Of a stretch of DNA of 64,000 bases, positions 1-9,313 are shown one piece after another. Every line of letters begins with the position of its first letter. Position 1 is the stretch's first letter. A program made the translations under genes and the position numbers. Origin of the DNA: Candidatus Latescibacterota bacterium. Its GTDB lineage: Bacteria; Latescibacterota; UBA2968; UBA8231. The notes beneath the pieces were generated by a model that was not told the DNA's origin, did not search any database, and was given only the letters and a program-made list of their open reading frames with translations. The stretch covers positions 4,736,001-4,800,000 of the forward strand of contig OZ242318.1 in the NCBI GenBank assembly GCA_965208105.1. The letters are read 5' to 3'.

Positions 1-381
1 GTTCGGGTTTTTGATCATCTGGATCGAACCATGGCAGTACCTCGGTTCCATGAGGGGCGAGCGCATGTCCGGGCCATTTGGAGGTCCATGTGCTTTGAGG
101 ATGGTCGGAACGAGAAGCTCCGAGCCTTGTGCCGGACCTTCGCGGATATCCCCGGTCCCCTGCCGATCACCGAGGGGCAGATTGGTGCCTTCGTAATCCT
201 TCGTAATTTAGATCATTTAGGACAGGCCCGCAAAATCATCCTGCGGGTGGTGTGTTCTGGCCGCTCCCCAGGGTGAAGAAGGAATTTGGGTGGCGATTCC
301 CAAAATATTTTGGAAATAATTCATCCAAGATTGAGGGAACCAGGGGTTGCAAATCGCTGCAAATGTCGCGGGGGGCGGAGC

Positions 382-409
382 TTGCATATCCAAAACATTT
401 TTGTATATT
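382..409 (+). promoter_or_regulatory. Putative sigma70 promoter upstream of greA
   Basis: TTGCAT-16 nt-TATATT in an AT-rich stretch. Confidence 0.35.
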
Positions 410-420
410 AGAAAGTCTGG

Positions 421-452
421 TGCGGAAGCGAAATGCTTCCGCATTTGCTTTT
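421..452 (+). terminator. Terminator/attenuator-like hairpin in the greA leader
   Basis: TGCGGAAGC-GAAAT-GCTTCCGCA perfect 9-bp stem followed by TTTGCTTTT. Confidence 0.45.
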
Positions 453-494
453 ATAATTTGGAAACAGGGGAAAATTGTGCCTTAGGAGAACCAG

Positions 495-965
495 ATGAGC
501 GAGGTATATCTTTCCAGAGAGGGGTATGAGAAACTTCAAGGCGAGTTGAAAGAGCTCAAGGACAAGGAACGTCCCCACGTTCGCCTGTCCTTGCAACGGG
601 CCAGGGAATTCGGTGATCTATCGGAGAACGCCGAGTACCTGGCCGCCAAGGAGCGATTGATGTTTCTCGAGCAGCGGATCGGCAAGTTGGAGGAGACCCT
701 CAGCCGCGTCCACTTGCTGGAAAATGAGGATATCCCTGATGACAAGGTTTACATCGGAGCCACGGTGGATTTGCTGGATTTGAAAAAGGACCGGGAACTC
801 AAATACACCCTTGTAGCTCCCGAAGAGGCGGATTTTGAAGACGGAAAAATCTCTACAATTTCCCCAATTGGCAAGGGGCTGTTGGGGCATGAGGAAGGTG
901 AAGAGGTGGAAATCAAGGTTCCCGCCGGGATGCTGCACTACAGGATCATTAAAATCACTCGTTGA
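495..965 (+). CDS. greA: Transcription elongation factor GreA
   Basis: GDLSENAEY motif, ISTISPIGKGLLG C-terminal motif, AGGAG RBS. Confidence 0.97.
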   Translation: MSEVYLSREGYEKLQGELKELKDKERPHVRLSLQRAREFGDLSENAEYLAAKERLMFLEQRIGKLEETLSRVHLLENEDIPDDKVYIGATVDLLDLKKDRELKYTLVAPEEADFEDGKISTISPIGKGLLGHEEGEEVEIKVPAGMLHYRIIKITR

Positions 966-1114
966 CCTCCACCGGTAATGGGCCTGTTGCAGGCTATTTC
1001 ATAAGACAGCCATTCCAGTTTCGTGCCGAGAAGATCGAGGCAATCTGAATTCCCCAAGGAATTCCCTTGGCCAAATTGTATGTTTCAAAAAATCTAAGCG
1101 AGGAATCCAGGGTA

Positions 1115-1528
1115 ATGGAAGCAAAAATTCTCAAAGGTAGATGGCACCCCCTGTGCAAGGCGGAAAGGTGCGGACAAGAGGCGCGAACTGGAGGATATTG
1201 CCCTCGCCACTACCAGCAAATTCGTCGCCACGGTCGCCTGACTCCGGAGCGGGAATACCAGAAACGCGGCTCCCGGTGCAAGGTTGAGAGCTGCCGGCAA
1301 GTCCAGGTTGCCAGGGGGTTCTGCTTCCGCCACTACCAGCAGATGAGGCGCTATGGACGGCTCACCCCGGAACGCGAGCGGATTTACGGCCGCAAGGTCT
1401 GCAAAATGACCGGTTGCGAGGCGAAACACTCGTCCAGAGGCTACTGCAAACGGCATTATATGAGCGAGTACTATTTGGCTCAACTCGCGTTGAAAGAGGG
1501 AGTTGCTTCGAGGTCGGCCCAAGCCTAG
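1115..1528 (+). CDS. Small basic protein with three tandem C-x4-C-x9-C-x2-H zinc-finger-like repeats (alternative TTG start at 1067)
   Basis: Repeats CKAERC..GYCPRHY, CKVESC..GFCFRHY, CKMTGC..GYCKRHY; protein repeat conserved while codons differ. Confidence 0.75.
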   Translation: MEAKILKGRWHPLCKAERCGQEARTGGYCPRHYQQIRRHGRLTPEREYQKRGSRCKVESCRQVQVARGFCFRHYQQMRRYGRLTPERERIYGRKVCKMTGCEAKHSSRGYCKRHYMSEYYLAQLALKEGVASRSAQA

Positions 1529-1581
1529 CGTCCCGTCGCAGAAATATGTCGCCATTTTCCGCCTACCCATCCCGGCTCTCG
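1525..1581 (+). mobile_element. Truncated copy of the MITE-like element at 54886-55053
   Basis: CTAGCGTCCCGTCGCAGAAATATGTCGCCATT.. matches the reverse complement of the right end of the 54.9 kb element over about 57 nt. Confidence 0.7.
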
Positions 1582-1657
1582 TTGGGTCTTCCTGCCCTCG
1601 TTCAAGCCAAAAAAAGGTTTCTCCATCTCGCGGGTTGCAGGAGCTTGTATGAAAGGC

Positions 1658-1686
1658 TTGACAACCCGATTGAATTGCCCTACATT
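1658..1686 (+). promoter_or_regulatory. Sigma70 promoter of the tRNA-Gly/tRNA-Thr/rpmG operon
   Basis: TTGACA-17 nt-TACATT, 25 nt upstream of tRNA-Gly. Confidence 0.75.
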
Positions 1687-1711
1687 TTCCTATTTATGGA
1701 AATTTGCATGG

Positions 1712-1788
1712 GCGGGAGTAGCTCAGTTGGCTAGAGCGCGAGCCTTCCAAGCTCGATGTCGCGGGTTCGAGTCCCGTTTCCCGCTCCA
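1712..1788 (+). tRNA. tRNA-Gly (TCC)
   Basis: Cloverleaf: GCGGGAG acceptor, anticodon arm CGAGC-CT TCC AA-GCTCG, GGTTCGAGTCC, encoded CCA. Confidence 0.96.
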
Positions 1789-1826
1789 TAGAAATGGCTG
1801 ATTCCGGGTCTCTCTCTGGGTTGTTA

Positions 1827-1902
<76 letters not shown>

Positions 1903-1972
1903 GCTTTTTTTCGGTTCCTCATCGATATCCCTTAACCATAAACGACAATACTTTTCAGCTTAGCAGGCACGG

Positions 1973-2125
1973 ATGCCACGAGACCAGGTAACGCTCGAAT
2001 GCGAGGGTTGTGGTAGGCGCAATTATACAACCACCAAGAACCGTCGCGTCCATTCTGGACGAGTTGAATTCAAGAAATATTGCCGGTCTTGCCAAAAGCA
2101 CACTATGCACAAAGAAACCCGGTAG
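1973..2125 (+). CDS. rpmG: 50S ribosomal protein L33 (zinc-binding form)
   Basis: Hand translation MPRDQVTLECEGCGRRNYTTTKN...KKYCRSCQKHTMHKETR (50 aa, below the ORF-track cutoff). Confidence 0.95.
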   Translation: MPRDQVTLECEGCGRRNYTTTKNRRVHSGRVEFKKYCRSCQKHTMHKETR

Positions 2126-2142
2126 TGCAGCCTGGGCGCTAT

Positions 2143-2218
2143 AGGTCTGTAGCTCAATTGGTAGAGCACTGGTCTCCAAAACCAGCGGTTGCAGGTTCGA
2201 GTCCTGCCAGACCTGCCA
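2143..2218 (+). tRNA. tRNA-Trp (CCA)
   Basis: AGGTCTG acceptor, anticodon arm CTGGT-CT CCA AA-ACCAG, CCA end; usual position before secE. Confidence 0.96.
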
Positions 2219-2267
2219 TGTTGGGGTATTTGCGAGGGAGCCGGCTTTCAAGAACTGGCATTGGGGG

Positions 2268-2456
2268 ATGAGGGAAAGACTCATTACTTTTCTCAGAGAA
2301 GTTCGAGCCGAGTTTTCAAAGGTCAGTTGGCCCACGCGAGATGATCTGGCCAGTTCCACCGGTGTCGTTCTGGTTTTTTCAGCAATCTTTGCAGTTTTTA
2401 TCGGCCTCTTTGATCTTGTGATTTCCTTTATATGGGGAATCCTTCTCGGTCGGTGA
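2268..2456 (+). CDS. secE: Preprotein translocase subunit SecE
   Basis: EFSKVSWPTR motif plus one TM helix; synteny. Confidence 0.95.
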   Translation: MRERLITFLREVRAEFSKVSWPTRDDLASSTGVVLVFSAIFAVFIGLFDLVISFIWGILLGR

Positions 2457-2573
2457 AGATCTTTGAATTCACGTTGCGATAGAAGATCGAGGCCCGGTTA
2501 GCGGCTGGTGTTTGCGCCGCTACTTTTATGCTTTAAGAGTTTTTACCTGAGCACGAAGACCCGGATCTTGAAT

Positions 2574-3119
2574 ATGGCAAAGCACTGGTATGCACTGCAC
2601 ACCTATTCGGGACACGAGAACAAGGTAAAATCCTATCTCGAATCCCTGATGGAATCCTCCCCAATCGGTGATGCGGTTGTTCAGGTGGTGGTACCCACTG
2701 AAGAGGTGGTGGAGATGCGGGGAGGAAAGAAGACCGTCTCCAAAAAGCGTTTTCTGCCGAGTTATGTGCTGGTTGAGATGGAGATGTCAAAAAGCGCCTG
2801 GCATCTGGTTACCAACATACCCGGGGTGACCAACTTTGTCGGCCCGGCTCGCAAGCCTCAGCCCCTGCGCCAGGAGGAGGTCGACCACATCCTCGGTCAC
2901 ATCGACCGCCGCAAGGCTCAAGAGGTCGAGGAAATTCCATATGCCACCGGAGACCAGGTGAAGGTGAATGACGGGGCCTTCAAGGACTTCATTGGCACCG
3001 TTCAGGAAGTGATTCCGGAGAAGCGCCGGGTGAAAATCATGGTGAGCATTTTTGGTCGAGGAACGCCTGTGGAGCTGGACGTGTTGCAGGTAGAATTGGC
3101 GGATGATGCCAATGGTTGA
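2574..3119 (+). CDS. nusG: Transcription termination/antitermination factor NusG
   Basis: [27 protein letters not shown] domain, [11 protein letters not shown]. Confidence 0.96.
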   Translation: MAKHWYALHTYSGHENKVKSYLESLMESSPIGDAVVQVVVPTEEVVEMRGGKKTVSKKRFLPSYVLVEMEMSKSAWHLVTNIPGVTNFVGPARKPQPLRQEEVDHILGHIDRRKAQEVEEIPYATGDQVKVNDGAFKDFIGTVQEVIPEKRRVKIMVSIFGRGTPVELDVLQVELADDANG

Positions 3120-3130
3120 GGAAATGGGCT

Positions 3131-3556
3131 ATGGCGAAGAAGATATCAGCTACAATTAAGCTGCAGGTGCCGGCGGGACAGGCCAATCCGACTCCTCCGG
3201 TAGGTCCTGCCCTGGGTCAGCACGGCGTCAATATAATGGAATTCTGCAAGTCGTTCAATGCCCAGACCCAGGAGCAGGCAGGGCTCATCATACCCGTTAT
3301 AATTACTGTTTTTGCGGACCGGAGTTTCTCCTTCATTACAAAGACTCCTCCGGCTGCGGTTCTCTTGAAACGCGCGGCAGGTATCGACAAAGGCTCTGGA
3401 GTTCCCAATACAGAGAAGATAGGCTCGGTGACCACAGAGCAACTGAGAGAGATCGCCCAGTTGAAAATGGAGGATTTGAACGCCAGTTCAGTTGAGTCGG
3501 CGATTTCAATGATTGCGGGCACTGCCCGCAGCATGGGGCTCTTGGTTGACAACTAA
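3131..3556 (+). CDS. rplK: 50S ribosomal protein L11
   Basis: [32 protein letters not shown]. Confidence 0.98.
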   Translation: MAKKISATIKLQVPAGQANPTPPVGPALGQHGVNIMEFCKSFNAQTQEQAGLIIPVIITVFADRSFSFITKTPPAAVLLKRAAGIDKGSGVPNTEKIGSVTTEQLREIAQLKMEDLNASSVESAISMIAGTARSMGLLVDN

Positions 3557-3577
3557 GAAATAGAAAGCGTGGAAGAG

Positions 3578-4276
3578 ATGGCCAGGGGAAAAAAATATAA
3601 ACAGGCTCTCAGTGCTATCGATCGGGGAAAATCCTATAGCTGGGAGGAGGCCGTAAAGATCCTCAAATCGTTTCCTCGCAGGAAGTTCGACGAAACCGTC
3701 GAGCTTTCCTTCTCCCTGGGGATTGATGGACGCCATGCAGACCAGATTCTGCGCGGTACTGTCATGCTGCCGCATGGGACCGGCAAGGAGGTGCGCGTCC
3801 TCGTTTTTGCCCAGGGAGAGGTGGAAACCGCAGCCCGGGAAGCTGGGGCAGATTACGTTGGCGGGGCCGACCTGGTCGAAAAGATCCAAAATGGCTGGCT
3901 CGAGTTCGATACCGTCATTGCCTCACCCGACATGATGGGGCAGGTTGGCAAGTTGGGACGCATACTCGGGCCTCGCGGTTTGATGCCCAATCCCAAAACC
4001 GGAACAGTGACCAGGGAGGTCGAGCAAGCCGTGAAGGACGCCAAGGCAGGAAGAATCGAATTTCGTGCCGACAGCAAGTCGGGAAACAATGCCCAGGCGC
4101 CCATTGGAAAGTTGTCCTTCGACGTCGACGCCCTGGTCGAAAATGCCCAAACATTCTCCGACGCCATCATGCGAGCGAAACCAGCCTCGTCCAAAGGGCA
4201 GTACATTCACAAACTGGTCATGTCGTCAACCATGGGTCCGGGTATTCCGATCGATCGATCGGGGCTCGTCGTCTGA
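3578..4276 (+). CDS. rplA: 50S ribosomal protein L1
   Basis: [36 protein letters not shown]. Confidence 0.98.
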   Translation: MARGKKYKQALSAIDRGKSYSWEEAVKILKSFPRRKFDETVELSFSLGIDGRHADQILRGTVMLPHGTGKEVRVLVFAQGEVETAAREAGADYVGGADLVEKIQNGWLEFDTVIASPDMMGQVGKLGRILGPRGLMPNPKTGTVTREVEQAVKDAKAGRIEFRADSKSGNNAQAPIGKLSFDVDALVENAQTFSDAIMRAKPASSKGQYIHKLVMSSTMGPGIPIDRSGLVV

Positions 4277-4315
4277 AGATCAGCAGGTGACCCGATCCTC
4301 TGGGGAGGACCAAAG

Positions 4316-4849
4316 ATGCCCACTGTTGAAAAAGTAGAGGAAGTTGCCGCCCTTACCTCCTTGATGAAGGAGTCGAAGGCAATCTTCCTGGCTGATTTCA
4401 CCGGTTTGAATGTTGCCTCGGTGACCGCATTGCGCAATAACCTGCGCAATGCCTCGGTGGGATATCGCGTAGTAAAGAACCGCCTGGCAATCCGTGCTGC
4501 CCAGGAGGCCGAGATTTCCGGCCTTGATAAATCCTTTGCCGGTCCCACGGCAATAGCATTCGGAACCGAGGATCCGGTCACTCCTGCCAAAATCCTCCAG
4601 GATTTTGCCGAGGAGAACGGAAATATCTCCATCAAGTTGGGATTGGTCGACGGCCAGATCCTGCAGCCGGAAGAAATCAAGGCCCTGGCAGACCTGCCGT
4701 CTCGAGATGTGTTGCTGGGCAGAGTGGTGGGGGGTGTGAAAAATCCACTGTACGGCTTTGCAGGGGTCCTGAATGGTATATTACGCAATCTCGTTGGCGT
4801 CATCGCCGCCTACGAAAATAAAATAAGAGAAGATTCCAAGGGAAGCTGA
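4316..4849 (+). CDS. rplJ: 50S ribosomal protein L10
   Basis: DFTGL, VVKNRLA, GPTAIAF, LADLPSR; synteny. Confidence 0.96.
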   Translation: MPTVEKVEEVAALTSLMKESKAIFLADFTGLNVASVTALRNNLRNASVGYRVVKNRLAIRAAQEAEISGLDKSFAGPTAIAFGTEDPVTPAKILQDFAEENGNISIKLGLVDGQILQPEEIKALADLPSRDVLLGRVVGGVKNPLYGFAGVLNGILRNLVGVIAAYENKIREDSKGS

Positions 4850-4903
4850 CCTCTGGAGCTACTACTTTTGACGCGGTTTTTAGCAACCTCAGGAGGGTGA
4901 ACA

Positions 4904-5323
4904 ATGACTGAAGAGACCACAACCGAAGAAACTTCCCAAAGCGCCAAGGTAGGGGAGATCATCGAGACGATCAGTGGCCTAACCGTTCTCGAACTGGCCG
5001 AATTGGTCAAGGCCCTGGAGGATAAATTCGGTGTATCCGCAGCTGCTCCTGTGATGATGGGTGGAGTTGCTCCCGCAGCCGTAGATGGCGGAGTGGAAGA
5101 AGAGGAGGAAAAGGATTCCTTCGATGTCCTTTTGACCGGTTCAGGTGATAAGAAGATCCAGGTGATCAAGGTGGTTCGCCAGATCACAAGCCTCGGGCTC
5201 AAAGAGGCCAAGGCGCTGGTCGACGATGCTCCAAATCCCGTGAAGGAAGGAGTCTCGAAGCAGGAAGCCGAAGAAATTCAGACCTTACTGCAGGATGCGG
5301 GCGCTACTGTAGAAGTCAAATGA
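4904..5323 (+). CDS. rplL: 50S ribosomal protein L7/L12
   Basis: [34 protein letters not shown]. Confidence 0.98.
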   Translation: MTEETTTEETSQSAKVGEIIETISGLTVLELAELVKALEDKFGVSAAAPVMMGGVAPAAVDGGVEEEEEKDSFDVLLTGSGDKKIQVIKVVRQITSLGLKEAKALVDDAPNPVKEGVSKQEAEEIQTLLQDAGATVEVK

Positions 5324-5487
5324 GAGGATCTTGATAGAATTTTGCGTCCAAGTTGAAATACTGGAAGGGTCCTGCAATTTTGCAGTACGTCCTGATTGAA
5401 AGCTCATGGAATATTGGTCTTCCGCGATTTGGAAATCAATGGCTCTGTGAGCTTTTGCCTTAAACCTGTGACAAGGAGATCTATTGC

Positions 5488-8400
5488 TTGGCTGAGAATA
5501 ATGGTAGCATTGAAAGGCGATCTTTCGGCAGGATCAGAGAAATTGTCGAGATGCCGAATCTTCTCTCCATCCAGATAGATTCGTACCAGGCATTTTTGCA
5601 ACTCAATCTTCCTCCTCGCCAGAGACAGAGGAGAGGGTTGCAGTTGGTATTCGAGAGCATCTTTCCGATTACTGATGCCCACGGGGTTTATTCCCTCGAG
5701 TACGTTGACTACTCGGTGGGCAATCCCCGCTACAGCCAGGAAGAATGCCGGGAGCGCGGCATGACCTATGCCGCCCCTTTGCGAGCCACCCTTCGCCTCA
5801 TCACCCGCGACCGGGAGAGGACTGACAGTCCTGTCAAGGATGTAGTGGAACAGTCTGTTTTCCTGGGAGAGCTACCCCTGATGACGGGAGAGGGAACCTT
5901 TATTATCAACGGGGCCGAAAGGGTCGTCGTGAGTCAGTTACACCGCTCGCCAGGGGTGTTTTTTGACGAGACGATGCACCCCAATGGAAAGAGACTATTT
6001 TCTGCCCGCATCCTTCCTTCCAACAAGGGACCTTGGCTCGAATTCAGCATGGACATCAACGATCTCATGCATGTCCACATCGACCGGCGGCGCAAGCTGC
6101 CCGTTTCGCTGCTGTTGAGGGCGTTGGGATTTTCAAGGTCGGGCGAGATCCTCAGCCTGTTCCGCGAGGACGTAGAGGCCACGGTCGATGAGGATCTGGT
6201 TGGTCGTCTGAATGGTAGCGAGGACATCGTGGACACCAAGACCGGTGAAATCCTGCTGGGGGCATTCGACGCTGTCGAAGAGGGTCATCTCGAGGTGCTG
6301 AAGGAGGCGGGGAAAAAATCAGTCAAGGTACTGGCCGCCCCGGAGGGTACGGATCCCGGAGTAATCGAAAATACCTTGAGAAAAGACCCCAGCACCAGTG
6401 AAGAAGAGGCTCTCACCTTCATCTACAATCTGATGCGTCCTGGGGACCCGCCCAACATAGAGACCGCGCGTGGTCTGCTCGATCGCCTGTTCTTCAATCC
6501 CAAACACTACAATCTTGGAGATGTGGGCAGGTACCGGATAAACAGCCGGCTGGGTGTGGACATTCCGTTGACCAGCACGATTCTACATCTGGAGGATTTT
6601 ACCGCGATTATCCGCTACCTGCTGCAGCTTCGCGCGGGACAGGGCAACACAGATGATATCGACCATCTGGGCAACCGACGGGTGCGGTTGGTCGGAGAAA
6701 TGCTGGCTAAGCAATTCAGCATGGGCTTGACGCGCATGGCGCGAACCATTCGAGAGAGGATGAGCCTGCGCGATGAAGAGCAAATCACTCCTCACGACCT
6801 GGTAAACGCGCGAACTGTTTCAACGGTGGTCCAGGCATTCTTCGGGAGCAGCCAGCTGTCTCAGTTCATGCAGCAGACCAATCCGCTCGATGAACTCACC
6901 CACAAGCGCCGGCTCAGTGCTCTCGGCCCGGGTGGATTGAGCCGGGACCGCGCTGGATTTGAAGTGCGGGACGTGCACTACACCCATTATGGCCGCATTT
7001 GTCCCATAGAGACTCCGGAGGGGCCCAACATCGGCTTGATCTCCTCCCTCAGTACATTCGCTCGGGTCAACTCCTTTGGATTCTTGGAGACTCCCTACCG
7101 CAAGGTCATGGACGGCCGAGCCACAAACGAGATCGAGTTCCTCACTGCCGACCAGGAGGACAGATTCACCATAGCCCAGGCCAACGAGCCGCTTGATGAC
7201 GACGGAGAGTTCGTCAATTCCCTGGTGAAGGCCAGGCGGCGCGACGACTATCCCATGGTACCTCCGGGTGAGGTAGAATACATGGACGTATCGCCCAAGC
7301 AGCTGGTCAGCGCTGCCGCAGCTTTAATTCCATTTCTGGAGCACAACGACGCCAACAGGGCATTGATGGGGTCCAATATGCAGCGCCAGGCCGTTCCCTT
7401 GCTGTTTCCAAGGGCTCCATGGGTCGGCACGGGCATGGAATCCAAGGTTGCCCGGGATTCGAGCGCACTGGTGCTTGCTCGCAATCCAGGAGAGGTTGTC
7501 AAGGCGGAGGCCAACTGCATCGTCGTCAGCCGCGACAAGAAAAAGAGCAGTCCGCTCAGCCCTTTGGATGCGGCCGAAGAAGACGAGTACAGGCTGATTA
7601 AATTCAGCCGCTCGAACCAGGACTGCTGCATCAATCAGCGTCCCCTCGTTAAAGTCGGAGAAATAATTCAAAAGGACCAGATTCTGGCCGATGGTCCAGC
7701 GACCGAAAAGGGAGACCTCGCCCTGGGCATGAATGTCCGCGTGGCCTTTATGCCCTGGAATGGTTACAACTTCGAAGACGCCATTGTCATCAGCGAACGG
7801 TTGCTCAAGAGCGACATTTTCACCTCGGTTCACATTGAGGAGTTTGAACTGCAGGTGAGGGACACCAAACGCGGCCAGGAAGAGATTACCCGCGAAATTC
7901 CCAACGTCAGCGAGTTGGCCGTCCGCAACCTGGACGAAGGAGGAATTATTCGGATCGGCGCAGAGGTTGGTCCCGGTGACATTCTGGTCGGCAAGGTGAC
8001 GCCCAAGGGGGAAACGGAGCTTTCTCCAGAGGAAAGGCTCCTGCGGGCAATCTTCGGCGAGAAGGCCGGGGACGTGCGCGACGCTTCCCTCAAGGCGCCT
8101 CCGGGCATGGAAGGGGTGGTCATTGACCGCAAAGTCTTTTCCCGCAAGGAGCGAAGCGAAGGATCTCGGAAGAAGGAAAAGGGCGATGTGTCCTCTATGA
8201 GGGACAAAGCCAAGGAGAAAAGTGATGCTCTGCTCGCGGAAAGGAACAAGAGGCTCGTCGAATTTTGTAGCGGCCACAGGCTGGGCCGATTGCGCAGCAA
8301 GGATGATAACAGTGTCGTCGTACGCGAGGGTACCGAGATCAGCGAAGCACTTCTAGAACGCATAGACATTTTCAACGTGTTTCCGGAGCATGGGTGGACA

Positions 8401-9282
8401 GGCGACCCGGATGCCGATTCGAGGATCGAGGAGTTGCTTCGCTATGCAGGTGAACAACTTCAGTTGATCGAGGAGCAGACCGAACGGCAGATCGAACGGC
8501 TCACAAGGGGTGACGAATTGCCTCCCGGTATCGTTCACCTGGTAAAGGTATATGTCGCCAAAAGGCGCAAGCTGTCGGTGGGCGACAAAATGGCCGGGCG
8601 TCATGGCAACAAAGGTGTGGTGGCACAGATTGTTCCCGAGGAAGACATGCCTTACCTGGAGGATGGTTCACCAGTCGACATGGTGTTGAATCCTCTCGGC
8701 GTCCCATCGCGCATGAACCTCGGCCAGATCTTTGAGACCCACCTGGGCATGGCTTCCCATGCCCTGAATTTGCACCTCGCCACCCCGGTTTTCGATGGCG
8801 CTTCGCTCGACGAAGTCAAGGAGTTGCTCGATGAGGCCGGCCTGGAAACGGATGGAAAGGCGGTGCTCTACGACGGCCGCACCGGCCAGCGCCTCGACAA
8901 GCGGGTGACGGTAGGTTACATCTACATGCTCAAGCTATCCCACCTGGTGGCGGACAAGATTCATGCCCGGTCTATCGGACCCTATTCGCTGGTCACACAA
9001 CAACCCCTGGGTGGAAAGGCTCAATTCGGCGGGCAGCGGTTCGGCGAGATGGAGGTCTGGGCCCTGGAGGCTTACGGGTCGGCCTATACCCTCCAGGAAA
9101 TGCTGACGGTCAAATCGGATGACGTCGCCGGCCGATCCAAGATTTACGAAGCAATTGTCAAGGGCGAGAATCCTCCCGAGCCTGGAGTGCCCGAATCCTT
9201 CAACGTATTAGTCAAAGAGCTGCAAAGTCTCTGCCTCGATGTGATTCTCGAGGACAGTAAGATCGCTGATTCGACCTATTGA
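5488..9282 (+). CDS. rpoB: RNA polymerase beta subunit (TTG start)
   Basis: [58 protein letters not shown]. Confidence 0.99.
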   Translation: MAENNGSIERRSFGRIREIVEMPNLLSIQIDSYQAFLQLNLPPRQRQRRGLQLVFESIFPITDAHGVYSLEYVDYSVGNPRYSQEECRERGMTYAAPLRATLRLITRDRERTDSPVKDVVEQSVFLGELPLMTGEGTFIINGAERVVVSQLHRSPGVFFDETMHPNGKRLFSARILPSNKGPWLEFSMDINDLMHVHIDRRRKLPVSLLLRALGFSRSGEILSLFREDVEATVDEDLVGRLNGSEDIVDTKTGEILLGAFDAVEEGHLEVLKEAGKKSVKVLAAPEGTDPGVIENTLRKDPSTSEEEALTFIYNLMRPGDPPNIETARGLLDRLFFNPKHYNLGDVGRYRINSRLGVDIPLTSTILHLEDFTAIIRYLLQLRAGQGNTDDIDHLGNRRVRLVGEMLAKQFSMGLTRMARTIRERMSLRDEEQITPHDLVNARTVSTVVQAFFGSSQLSQFMQQTNPLDELTHKRRLSALGPGGLSRDRAGFEVRDVHYTHYGRICPIETPEGPNIGLISSLSTFARVNSFGFLETPYRKVMDGRATNEIEFLTADQEDRFTIAQANEPLDDDGEFVNSLVKARRRDDYPMVPPGEVEYMDVSPKQLVSAAAALIPFLEHNDANRALMGSNMQRQAVPLLFPRAPWVGTGMESKVARDSSALVLARNPGEVVKAEANCIVVSRDKKKSSPLSPLDAAEEDEYRLIKFSRSNQDCCINQRPLVKVGEIIQKDQILADGPATEKGDLALGMNVRVAFMPWNGYNFEDAIVISERLLKSDIFTSVHIEEFELQVRDTKRGQEEITREIPNVSELAVRNLDEGGIIRIGAEVGPGDILVGKVTPKGETELSPEERLLRAIFGEKAGDVRDASLKAPPGMEGVVIDRKVFSRKERSEGSRKKEKGDVSSMRDKAKEKSDALLAERNKRLVEFCSGHRLGRLRSKDDNSVVVREGTEISEALLERIDIFNVFPEHGWTGDPDADSRIEELLRYAGEQLQLIEEQTERQIERLTRGDELPPGIVHLVKVYVAKRRKLSVGDKMAGRHGNKGVVAQIVPEEDMPYLEDGSPVDMVLNPLGVPSRMNLGQIFETHLGMASHALNLHLATPVFDGASLDEVKELLDEAGLETDGKAVLYDGRTGQRLDKRVTVGYIYMLKLSHLVADKIHARSIGPYSLVTQQPLGGKAQFGGQRFGEMEVWALEAYGSAYTLQEMLTVKSDDVAGRSKIYEAIVKGENPPEPGVPESFNVLVKELQSLCLDVILEDSKIADSTY

Positions 9283-9313
9283 CAAAGGGAGTCCTACGAA
9301 AAAGGAGGTTGTC

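Noticed and set aside
1-380. Short overlapping ORFs at the window start
   Set aside because: No motifs or RBS support; may be the edge of a gene outside the window.
4270-4315. Possible minimal L10 leader (GAAGATCAGCAGG..CCTCTG)
   Set aside because: Only a loose resemblance in a 39-nt spacer; cannot be supported without a covariance-model search.
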